From positions 22,196,001-22,260,000 of the forward strand of contig CM119384.1 of NCBI GenBank assembly GCA_051294905.1: a stretch of 64,000 bases of DNA, given 5' to 3'. The notes beneath the pieces were generated by a model. That model searched no databases and was not told where the DNA came from. It saw only the letters and a program-made list of their open reading frames with translations. The stretch comes from Botryllus schlosseri. Taxonomy: Eukaryota. This document shows positions 11,066 to 22,233 of the stretch, one piece after another. Each line of letters starts with the position of its first letter. Positions within the stretch are counted from its first letter, which is position 1. The position numbers were made by a program, and so were the translations under genes.

Positions 11066-14000
11066 TTGGCGCAACATTGATGGCGCAAGCTGCAAAGTAT
11101 TCACGCCAACAATAGAGAAAAGAGCGCAGCCCCAAAAAACTTGCACAAGGTGCAATAGAAAAGGACATCTGGCTACGCAATGCAACCTTGCATATTGTAG
11201 CCAATGTGAAAAAACAGGGCACACAAGAGAACAATGTGAGGAGCTTGAGAAAGAGTTTCCAGCATTGGGAAATCCGCAGAAACAAATAGTAAACAAAGAA
11301 TCAAAGAAGAACCCGACCTCTGAAGTCGAATCAGAGGAACAAGAAAAAGAACAAAACAACAAAAATGTAATAAACGAAATGAGCGAAGAGGTGGCAGAAC
11401 ACCTAACCTCCTCTTCATGCGATTCAGAGTCGGAAGAGGAAAGAGAAACCGATGATAGTGATGCACAAGGAAAAGGAGCTAGCAACCAAGAAGATGGCTT
11501 TGCTCTAGTGCAAAATAAAAATAAGAGGAAAAGACTCTCTACTGAGAGGAGGAGAAGTAACAGTAAGAAAAGAAACGTAACCATCTACTGAGAGGAGGAG
11601 AAGTAACAGTAAGAAAAGAAACGTAACCAATCCTAAGGACAAGAAATAGAAATGGAACTCCAGATTACCTCACTAAACATAAACGGGTTCACGAAACATT
11701 GGAAAAAGATAACTCAATTATCAAATAAATACAACATAGACGTGCTTTGCCTCCAAGAAGTACATAAAATAGATAAGGAGAAATTGGAAAATTGGTGTAC
11801 CAGTAACAACTTCGAGATGCATGCCAATTGTCTAGACGTAAAAGACACTTGGCGAGATGAGGATCAAGGTAAAAAGAACTACTGTCAAGGTACCCTTGTG
11901 ATAGTAAAAACAACTTTAAAACAAGAATACGACATAACCAACGATATTATAATAGAAAACAGAGTACAGAGAATTACATTGAAGAAAAACAACAAAGAAA
12001 ATTTGGAAATCTGGAATATATATGCGCCACCGGGAGTTTCAAAACATACAACAGACTTTTACAAAAATCTAGTGGAAAACACAAAAAAAAACAGGAAATC
12101 GCACACTGTTGATAGGAGACTTTAATCTAATTACAAACAAATTGGACGCTAAGAATAACCTAAATTTCAAAAGATCACTGGCCGCAAACATTTGGAAAAA
12201 TTTTACAGACATTCATGGGTACCAAGACATATACCGATCCAGACACCCGCACAAGAAGTTGTACACCAAGAAAACGGGAGACCAGGAAAGACGCATCGAT
12301 AACGCGTATGCCACCGACATCCTGAGCAAAGACATCACCAAATGTACATACAAGATCAATCCTATTTCGGACCACGTCTATTTAATGGAAATAAAAATTG
12401 GAAACCAAAAACAAAACAGATGGGGCAAAGGAATTTGGAAATGTAACAAAGAGGTATTAACAAACAAACAAACGAAAGAAAATATAAAAATGATCATTGA
12501 AGTTATGTCACGAAACAAACATAACTACACACACTTGTCGAAATGGTGGGATGATATAAAAAGCAAAATAAAAAGAGCCTTACAAGCGTATGAGGTAACA
12601 GCAGAGAAGATAGAAAAAAGAAAAATCAAAGAATTAGGTCGGAAAATAGAAGTAGCGGAGAACAATCAAGACCAAACGGCCAAAATAAAACTGCAAGGTG
12701 AACTGAAAAAGTACGAATGGAAGAAATTAGAATTTACAATAGAAAAAACGAAGATGAAAGATAGAGAAGTTGGCGAGAGACCAACGAAACCTTTTTTCGA
12801 TATGCTAAAGAAGAAAACATCCCTACAAAGAATGAACTGCGTAAGGGATAAAAACGAAAGGGAACTAAAAGACCCAAAGCAAATAAAGCAGAGGGTCGAA
12901 CAGTTCTATGAAGAGCTATGGAGGGCCCAGCCTGATGTAGATGAAGAAGAGCAGAGGCTCTTCTTAAAACAAATTAAAGACGTTAGGGTCAAAGAGGAAG
13001 ACATGCCTTCACTTGAAGGACCCATAACGCAAGAAGAGATCAGAGAAACGATAAAGAAAATGAGCAGTGACAAGACGCCCGGTAGCGACGGGCTGACCAA
13101 AACCTTTTATACCACCTACTGGGAGAACATAAAAGGACACCTAGAAGAACTATACAATAATGCACTGTATATGGGAGACACGTGCGAGAGCTGGAATAAG
13201 GGGATAGTAACTTTAATATACAAAAAGGGAGACTCGAAAAACCTAAAAAATTGGCGACCCATCACACTATTAAACCTGGACTACAAAATTTTAACAGCAA
13301 TTATATCCAATAGACTAAAAGAAGTAATGGAAAATCTGATCATAAATACACAAAAATGTGGAGTAAAAAATAGGCAAATTGCAGACGCTTTAAGAAACAT
13401 AAAAGCAGCATTAGACCAAGCATTCAGAAAGAACACAAATCTCATAGTAATATCCATAGACCAAGAAAAAGCTTTCGATCGTGTCAACCATAATTACCTA
13501 CATAAAATTCTGCATTCCTATGGCATACCAGTGGGAATAAGAAAATGCATAAAAAGACTATATGATAATTCATATAGCCAAGTGCAGATAAACGGTACAC
13601 TGACAAATGGCATAGACACAGGCAGGGGACTCCGTCAAGGATGTCCCCTCTAAGCATGTGTTTATATGCAATGACAGCGGACCCGCTGGCCAGAAAAATC
13701 ATGGCCAGCAAAGACATAAAAGGCCTGAAAATTGGAAAAAACGAAATTAGATTGCAACAATACGCGGACGACCTGACAGCAATAGTATCAAATGAAGATT
13801 CGGCAACAGAAGTTTTTAAAAATTTAGAGCAATTCGCAAAAGCAACGGGACAAATCAAAAACCGAAATTATATGTACTAAACCCAACCTAATTAGATCTG
13901 AAGAATATAAAAAATACATAGTGGAATCATCAAAAATACTCGGACAAATATTTGGCAGGAACTATATCCGCAAAACATGGGACAGAAGGATAGAGCAGGT

Positions 14001-15939
14001 GAAAAAAGTATTAACAACCTACCAGATGAGAAATCTCACCTGGTACGGAAAAGCAATCATAATAAATAGCCTGGCTGCCTCTAAGGTGATACACAACGCC
14101 AGGGTAATAAAAGTGCCAAAAGAGGTGGCGAACACACTGGAGAGGCTCCTCTTCAACTTTATATGGGCACCAGAAAAGATCGAGCCAATAAAGAGAAGCC
14201 ACATGAAATCAACCGAGATCATGGGAGACCTCAAAATAACCTGCATAAAAAGTAAGATCGAGGCATGCAAACTAGAGAAATATAAAATACTGACCAGCAT
14301 CGAGGAGCCAACAGAGTTCTGGCACCACGAGGCAGTCTATATTTTAGGATCAAAACTTGAGAAAATTAACGAAAAATTATATACAAACTCGGCTCCACAC
14401 AGCATAATCGTGTCGGACGAGTGGAAGAATATAATAAAAAGAGCGGAAGAAATGAAATGGGAAAAAGAAACCTGGGTAGAAGCAGCCCACAAAGACCTGT
14501 GTATCGGCATAAAAAAGCTAAATGCCAAACACATACCCAGAATAACAAAACCCTCTGGACAAGATATAAAGTGGAGAAAAATCACCACTACAAACGGGGA
14601 AAACAACCCCATAACAAATGCAGAGAGAGTAGTCAACATCAGAACGGCTGCAAAAGGATTCTTCTTTGGAGAAGACAGAAAAAGATTGAATATTTTTAAT
14701 ATTAACTCAATAAACACGACCATCACAGAATGTAAATTCTGTGGTCAAGATGAAGACAACATTGAACATATAATGGTCAAGTGCAGACTGGTGAAAAATG
14801 TGTTCAGTGCCTTCAAGGGGTTAATAAAACAAAAGGACATAGATTGTGAAAGTGTTCTTTACAATGAAAAACTAAAAAACAAGACCGATTGGACCATAAT
14901 AAGCATGATTAAAAAAGAAATAATCAAAAGGAAATTTGGACTAGACAAAGTCAATCAAAAAGTAAAGAACTTTGATAGGACAGTGAAAGACGTGGTCAGC
15001 AAAATAATAAAGAAATTATTCAGAAGGATATCGGTATTTGATAATGCAACAGAAGAGCAACTTTTTAAAAACGAATTGGTGTTCCTAGCTGAAGAATACG
15101 GATGAAATTGACTTAGAATCGTATCAAAGATATTAGTGGCGAAAACAACGATAGATTACCGGTACAAAAAATTTTTATTGTCATGATTCGGCAAAAAAAT
15201 AATATCATAAGATAGAGAGTGATTAGCACAACAAAATAATACCATTAGATTAGATTTTAGTGCAAAAACAGAGAAAATAGAAGCAAAATTAGACCGAGAA
15301 ACACCGATTGTTGAAAATAAAATAATCCGATTGTTCCAGAAAAGCGAAACAATGCAACCCGGCCGCCCCGATTGTATCCATTCATAAGAGGACAATCGCG
15401 AGCGAAATGACATCTCCGGCCCAATCAACCGTGACGCACCATTGAATTAGTAGCGAACCTACTAAAGAAAACGAAAAATAGAAGAAGAAAGAAGAAAAAC
15501 AGCACGAAAACGATAAATTAGACACGGAAAATTAACAAATAACGAAGGAAATCAATAACGAGAACAGAAAAGAATATTAACGGAAGAAAATAAACAAGAA
15601 TCATTTCGACTGACAAAACTGAAACACCAACGATGGGAGACGGACGACAGTGGATGATGACGGCGGACGATGACAGCGGAGGATGGATGACGGATGGATT
15701 GCAACGAACGCTGGATGGACGATGACGAGGACGATGAAAAAGAAACATGGACCGGAGAATTGCAATTGTGAGAATGGTTTGGTATGTATGTGCGCGTGAT
15801 TGAATATATCGTGACTGATATCTTTTGAATGCTGAAGTGTGAATGAACATAAATAAAGATATATATAATTTGCTTTTTTCTTGTATTGCAATTCTTTCGG
15901 AATAAAATTGTGATGACTGCGGTCACCGAGAAAAAAAAA
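11066..15939 (+). mobile_element. 5'-truncated Tx1-like retrotransposon B2
   Basis: Starts mid-ORF1 (NIDGASCKVF...CTRCNRKGHLATQC); frameshifted ORF2; 3' hairpin GTGATGAC-TGCG-GTCAC; poly(A) 15931-15939. Confidence 0.9.
11652..15105 (+). pseudogene. B2 ORF2 (APE-RT), frameshifted
   Basis: Consecutive ORFs 11652, 12109, 13641, 13921 carry SLNING, GDFN, SDH, QEKAFD, RQGCPL, QYADD, CKFC...HIMVKC. Confidence 0.92.
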
Positions 15940-15965
15940 TTGGCTTGGTTGTGTTAAAGGTAAGA
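15939..15965 (+). other. Degenerate SL-exon variant with GTAAG donor
   Basis: ATTGGCTTGGTTGTGTTAAAG|GTAAG. Confidence 0.45.
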
Positions 15966-15992
15966 ACTCAATAATTGATTGCTACAACTAAC

Positions 15993-16015
15993 GGAGTATT
16001 TGGTTGTATTAAGGT
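15993..16015 (+). ncRNA. Spliced-leader exon (21 nt) plus GT donor at the 5' junction of element C1; truncated SL RNA gene or target site
   Basis: GGAGTATTTGGTTGTATTAAG|GT, identical to the last 21 nt of the stolidobranch ascidian SL as I recall it. Confidence 0.75.
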
Positions 16016-16666
16016 AACGCAACGCGTAAGTACGTAACGGCTATTTTCAGGTATAAAGATCTTCAATTGAGCCGCTGAGGCCGTTGTAGTTACCGTAAAC
16101 GTTAGATAAGTTTCGTTGTACCTAGGTTTAATTTTTCTTTTACTTAGGCTTATTTCTCCTACCTCCTTCTTCATCGCCGGATTTTCCTACTTCTACTTCG
16201 AGTCTCCTTCAGACTTACCCCTCCTCCCTCCTCGAGACTTGACTCCTCTTCCCGAGTCGAGTCTCGAAGGAGTGTGTATCTACCTCTACTAGAGCTTGAC
16301 TCGTCTTCGGGAGTCAACTCTAGTTAGAGTCTTTCCTCTTCGAGTCCTGACTCGTCTTCGTGAGTCAGGACTTGTTGAGTCTATTCTTCAGAGACTTGAC
16401 TCTCTCTCGAGAGTCAAGTCTCTACTTTACCTTATTCTCTCCCGCGCCTTTCGCTTAAGGCGACGGGAGCCTGTCTGCTACCTTTGGACTAATTAGAAAC
16501 GCGCTACGACACCGCCTAGTCGGCGTTCGTACAGCTCTTTGCGTAGCGAAACCGGCGTATCGGTCTTCGCAAAGCACTTAGGAACTAAACAAAGCGCGCT
16601 TCAACAAACAGACAGCAAACTCTGCTACAGCTATCTTTTTCCGATAGCCTACAAGCTAAGCGGGAC

Positions 16667-17821
16667 ATGGACATAGACGGTAGCCCACGTTCCTTGGACG
16701 CTACCGTTCCTGAGAATACAAATACACAACAGGTGCTCGCTGCGATTATAGAATGCAGCGAAACGAAGCACCTAAACGCGCAGATAGAGTCTGTCTACCA
16801 GATAGGCCCTACTACCTATAATATTACGATAAAAAACAACGATGAGATGGCAAAAACAAAGAACGACCTTCTGCTTGCATGGCAAGACGGCTTGTCAATA
16901 GAAACAAGACAAATAACCTTTGCAGAAGCTTCAACGCCATATGAAAACATCAACGTAAGGGCGGTTCCAACTGAAGCCTCTGACAGTGAAGTGAAAGACG
17001 AGATACATAAACATGACTGCGGCACAGTCATTAAAATGATTAGAGTAAATCACAGAGGTAGTGAAATCCATAATGGATACCGAAGACTAATGATCAAAAA
17101 TTATAAAAGAGGCAAGCTACCACCGGTTATAAAGATTAGAAAGCTGTGGTGCAAGGTTTACAGGCCACCCGCTGAATATGCACCACAGTGCTATAATTGT
17201 CTTCAATCCGGTCACACGGCAAGAAACTGCAAAAGCCTGGTAGTTTGCATGGAATGCAAAACCCCAGGCCATAGACGTCAAGAATGCCCCATCCTGAAAC
17301 AAGAATATCCTACAGCTCAGGAAGCTGGGAAAGCTGAGGAGCATAACATGACCAGTGAGTCTTCCTCCGAAGGCAACCTGATCATAGGCGAGGAACCAGA
17401 TGTAGAACAAGCAGAAGAGGAACAAGAAGAATACATAGATAATGACGAAAACTCAGAACAGAGTAATGAGAATAACGAGAAAGAAGGGACGGATAGCCCG
17501 AAAGACGGTGCAACTACAAGACATGTAGCATCCTTTTCATCACAGACGTCCGTATGGACAACAATGTCTGATACCACAACCGCAACACCAGAACCGAGGA
17601 CACCGGCACACATAAGGCTGCCGAGTGTCCCGGAAACCATGTCTGAATACACTTTCCGTAATAATATACCGGCATCGCCAATAAAAAGGCGGAGTGAAGA
17701 AAGTCCTGAAATCAGGATGGCGAGTAAAAAGTCAACCGCACTTAGGCCAACATTCACAAGCACCACAAGGAGAGATGCAAACACCACTTCGGCATCACCT
17801 TCAGCTCCTTCGAAGAAATAA
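16667..17821 (+). CDS. C1 ORF1 (384 aa; RRM-like plus 2x CCHC nucleic-acid-binding protein)
   Basis: PRSLD, INVRAVP, NGYRR, CYNCLQSGHTARNC, CMECKTPGHRRQEC. Confidence 0.92.
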   Translation: MDIDGSPRSLDATVPENTNTQQVLAAIIECSETKHLNAQIESVYQIGPTTYNITIKNNDEMAKTKNDLLLAWQDGLSIETRQITFAEASTPYENINVRAVPTEASDSEVKDEIHKHDCGTVIKMIRVNHRGSEIHNGYRRLMIKNYKRGKLPPVIKIRKLWCKVYRPPAEYAPQCYNCLQSGHTARNCKSLVVCMECKTPGHRRQECPILKQEYPTAQEAGKAEEHNMTSESSSEGNLIIGEEPDVEQAEEEQEEYIDNDENSEQSNENNEKEGTDSPKDGATTRHVASFSSQTSVWTTMSDTTTATPEPRTPAHIRLPSVPETMSEYTFRNNIPASPIKRRSEESPEIRMASKKSTALRPTFTSTTRRDANTTSASPSAPSKK

Positions 17822-17823
17822 AC

Positions 17824-20800
17824 CTGCCTTTATCAATCTTGACGATCAACGTAAACGGACTAGACGTACACTGGAATCTGATAAAACAATTCATGAAAAC
17901 TGAGAAAGTAAACGTGTATTGCGTACAAGAAACGCACAAAATTCAAAAGAATGCTGTTACAAAATGGGCCGAAAAACATGATCTTGAGCTATACACCAAT
18001 TGCCTTGAAAAAAACGACGCGTGGGTCAACCAACCGACAAAGTTGTATTATCAAGGAACCCTTATATTCATTAGGAAAGAGTGGTTGCAGGACATGGACG
18101 TACACCATGAAATCCACGTCCCGCACAGACTACAAAGTGTCACGATAAGCACAAAAGACCAGAAACATGTGGTTAGTATATTTAATGTCTACGCACCACA
18201 CACCGACATAAAACTCCAAGAACAGTTTTACGACGAAACGATCCAAGCTATCCAACAACAGCAGGGATCGATTATCGTGGCAGGGGACTTTAACATGGTG
18301 ACATCAATCAAAGATGTAGAACACACCAGTAACTTTAGGCTCTCTCTAGTAGCAGCCAAGTGGCGCAACTTTACCAACGGAAAAGACCTCCACGATGTAT
18401 TTCGATGGCGAGAACAAAAAAAAAAGAATATATTCTATCAACAAACCGTTTAACTCTAGGAGGATAGACCGCGTCTATATGACGAAGAACCTCTGCATAA
18501 ACACCAGAAAATGCGAATATAAAACGAACGCCGTCGCAGACCATACCTACTTTCAGAAGATCGTGATAACACCTAAAAACACCTTGAGTGGGGAAAAGGG
18601 TTATGGATCAACAATACGTCACATTATCAAAACCAGGAATTTCAGACCATCATAAAAAACCTTTTTACGGAACACTCTTTGGAAAAAGCGAAATACGGAA
18701 GCCTGCAATTGTGGTGGGATGAATGGAAAGAAAAAATAAAAACAGTCTCCATCCAATTTGGCCAAGAAAAACAAAAATTGGAAAACAAACAAAGAGACCA
18801 CTGGGTAAAACTAATAGAAAATCCCACCGCAACACCAGATGAACGGCAACAAATCACGAAAAACCTAAAACAACTGGAAAAGGACAAACTAACATTCCTC
18901 ATGAAAATACACTATAAAGATCAATTAGAGAAAGAGGAAAAACCGACGCATTCGTTCTATACCAAATTAAATAACAGACGGTCTCAGAAAGTAATAGATG
19001 CGGTCGCGGAGGAAGACGGCAGGCGGGTAGAAAAGAAGGAGGAGATTCTAAACGCCACCTGGGGGTTTTACAACAAACTCTGGGGTCAAACCCACACAGG
19101 ACCGAAGGGAGACAGGAAAAAACTTATAAACTCCATAAACAAAGCCCTTACAGAAGATCAAGCGGAGCTCCAAGACTCCACCATCACGGAGCAAGAAATA
19201 GAACGGGCAGTGAAAGAACAGACCTCAAACAAATCCCCCGGTCCAGATGGCATATCAGCCGAGTTTTATAAAACTTTTTTTGGACTAGTTAAAGGCGACC
19301 TATGGCAGCTGTATAATAACGCTATCCTTTTCGGAACAATATGCGATTCTTGGGGAACCTCAGCGGTAAAACTGTTGTTTAAAAAGGGCGACCCACAACA
19401 CCTTGAAAATTGGCGCCCAATATCGTTAACGAACGTCGACTACAAGATCCTTTCGAAAATTCTCGCCAACCGAATAAGGGAGTTTATTGGAGAAATTATC
19501 GGGGATACGCAAAAATCAGCTATCCCCGGTAGACAAATGACAGACATACTGAGAAACGTGCGATCAATTAAAGAATACACAGAATCAAAAAATATCCCGG
19601 TGGTCATAGCCAATTTCGACCAACGAAAGGCTTTTGACCTTATATCACATCAACTGCTATTTGAGATCATGGAAAAATTTAACATGGGAAGTAAAATCAC
19701 CAAGCTCATAAAAACAATATATGAAAACTCAACCAACAGGATATATATATAAACGGGGCTAGCACAAAAAACATCCACGTAAAAAGGGGCCTTCGACAAG
19801 GGTGCCCCCTCAGTACCTATTTGTACTCCATCGCAGCCGAACCAATAGCCGAACGCATAAGGGAAAATCCGAACATCCGGGGTATCAAAATCGGAAAACA
19901 CGCAACAAAGCTCCAACAATATGCGGACGATATTACAACGACGACCAAGGACTTTGAATCAGTCCTACATGTTTACAAGGAATTCGAATTATTAAAAAGA
20001 GCCACGGGGCAAGAATTAAACGAAAATAAAACGGAAATTCTTGCCCTTAATAATCCGAAAGATAAATACATAGCGGGACACTTCCAAAACCAGACCAAAT
20101 CAAAAATAAAAATTTTGGGCCAACATTTTGGTGAAAAACAGGAAAACGAAGACTGGGAAAAGACGATACAGACCATTCGAGGGCAACTCCTCGACTTCAG
20201 AAAAAGAAATTTGACATGGTACGGAAAACAGTTGGTAATAAACACAATCATAGTACCCAAAATAATAAACGAGATAGTATCTAGCACCCCGTCTATGGAA
20301 ATATCAACCACCATGAACAGGCTTTTTTTTGAATTTGTGTGGTACCCCGAAAAGATGGAGATGGTGTCTCGGAAAACCCTTATCCGGCAGAAAATCCAAG
20401 GCGGAATGGCGATACCGCATATCCAGTCCAAGATAAAAGCTGTCAAGGCGGAAAAAGCCAAAATATTAGCCGTCATAAAAAACCCGACGGAATTTTGGCA
20501 CTTCCATGCCCTATACTGCCTGGGCCCAACTATAAAAAAATGGAACAAGGCCCTGTTTTCAAATAGCATGCCTCACAAAACGATGCTTCCGAAGGAGTGG
20601 AAAGAAATTGAAAAAACGATAGAAACTCTGAGCTGGCCCCTAGAAAAACTGAAGGAAGCCACTCACAAACAATTCTATCAGGCCATTAAATCTAATTTTG
20701 AAAACAAATATTCGGGCCCTACCCCCCACTCTAACATCGAGTGGGGAAACATCCACTTCCTAACAGGAAGTGTAGAACGGATTATAACCAACAAAGAAAA

Positions 20801-21266
20801 AATTACGTCCTTCAGAGTAGCGCACGAAGGATACCTCTTCGGCGCGAAAAGAAAGACAAAAAATATCCTGTACGACAAATACGGGAAAATGGCTAAAACC
20901 AAATGCCGACAATGCGGCCACACGGAGGAAACGGCACGACATATTGTATACGAGTGCCCCGCCGCCCAAGAAATTCTGAAAAAACTCCAAAACTATATTC
21001 GAGACCAAAACGGAAACCGCATAAAAATAACAGAAGATCACGTGATTAATGGAAAAGAAACGGAAGAAAGAAAAAACCAAGCAGGGGTGATTCTGGCTAT
21101 ATACAAACAAAAAATAATCCAAAACCGAATAAAACTGGAATTCGAAAACGACAAACCACCAAATATGCAAAATGTAGTAACGGAGATCCTCCGGCAATGA
21201 CTGAAAACACTCCAAAATCTTGACGCAGAAATGAAAGACTTGACAGATAAACTAGAAAAAGCATAG
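17824..21266 (+). pseudogene. C1 ORF2 (APE-RT), frameshifted, no AUG before the APE N-terminus
   Basis: TINVNG, QETH, GDFN, RIDRVY, NFDQRKAFD, QYADD, CRQC...HIVYEC across ORFs 17839, 18395, 18679, 19821. Confidence 0.92.
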
Positions 21267-21699
21267 TGCCTGTTACACACGCAAAAGAAGAAAATAGGAA
21301 GAAAACTAAAAACTCTGGTTGGTATGTTGGGTTCCAAGATAAACCTTGGTCAATCCAAGCGCCAACCAAAAATAAAAATCAGAAAAAACTTGTCCTGGGG
21401 AGGAGAGGGAGGCAACCCAAAGAGCCCCCCAACCGCTCGCGTCCGGCGGTTAGCTTTTTCCACACAAATGGAAATACTGCCGCTTCAAGTCCGATGGAGT
21501 ATTTGGTTGCACTGAGGTATCTGAGATCAGCCATCGCGAATAAAAACAAAGAAAAATAGGTATATTCAATTTCAACTCAGTTATTTAATTTGAATATAAC
21601 ATACAATAAAACCCCCAGACCGTAGCAGGGCTTATATCAGATGAGAGAAGCCCTGTGAAAGTCTGGGTTTCCGGAGAGCCGTAAAAAAAATAAAAAAAG

Positions 21700-22233
21700 T
21701 TGGCTTGGCACGCTTGTTCTTCTACAATCATTTACTTCAGTCACTGTTTGCACTGGGAAGAGTATGGCTTCGGCCTTCATATTCCCGAACGAGCACTCAC
21801 TGAATGGTCTTGAACCAGCAGATGAGTTTCAAATGAGGCATGACGAAAGGCTTGCCTGCTCAAAACAAGAGGCTATAGGCAAGCAGGCGGGGGATCTCGA
21901 ACGCAGGCGTCCCCCAGTTTGGCTACCTGTAGTCCTCGCCTCGATGAACTGTGGGATGTGTGAGAGCATGCCCGCTAGACTCAGGCACAAATACGACCTG
22001 GCGTGGAAAACCAGGTTCGAAGTGTTTGAGCACAGCTTTGCACTCTTGGGAGGGGTTTTCTCCGAGTACTTCGGTTCCCCTGAAAATCACAAGAAAAGCT
22101 TAGTGCGAAACAGAACTCCGAAGGCATGAAAAAGGGCCTGAGGTTAGAGGGTGCTCTGGTTCTATGAACCAAAGTACTCATTACCAAAGGGGGGAGGTAG
22201 GCTGCGGCCCCTCCGGACCCCCCCCAAAAAAAT
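21700..22233 (+). mobile_element. Short non-coding poly(A)-tailed retroposon unit S1a (SINE-like)
   Basis: ~530 bp; begins TTGGCTTGGC, ends with hairpin GGAGG-TAGGC-TGCG-GCC-CCTCC and poly(A); repeated in tandem. Confidence 0.7.

Larger units (their letters stand above)
16014..21698 (+). mobile_element. Full-length Tx1-like retrotransposon C1
   Basis: Shared structured 5' UTR, intact ORF1, frameshifted ORF2, 3' UTR with SL-like copy, terminal hairpin, poly(A) 21683-21698. Confidence 0.92.

Noticed and set aside
16036-16110. HDV-like ribozyme at element 5' ends
   Set aside because: GGCT/AGCC could form P1, but I could not find a P3/L3 (UYCNCGY-type) or J4/2 arrangement. A descriptor search would settle it.
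16210-16430. CRISPR-like array
   Set aside because: Eukaryotic retrotransposon 5' UTR; the repeats are palindromic but the spacers are short, irregular and conserved between copies; no cas genes.
21607-21670. SECIS element
   Set aside because: The two-stem shape is similar, but the AUGA/GA core and apical AA are not conserved across families.
21818-21860. Hammerhead ribozyme in the S units (CAGATGAG...CGAAA)
   Set aside because: The core reads CAGA rather than CUGA, stems I and III are not evident, and the motif is absent in S2.
21764-22129. 121-aa ORF in S1a as a real protein
   Set aside because: It is truncated differently in S1b, the frame is not conserved in S2, and it has no recognisable motif.
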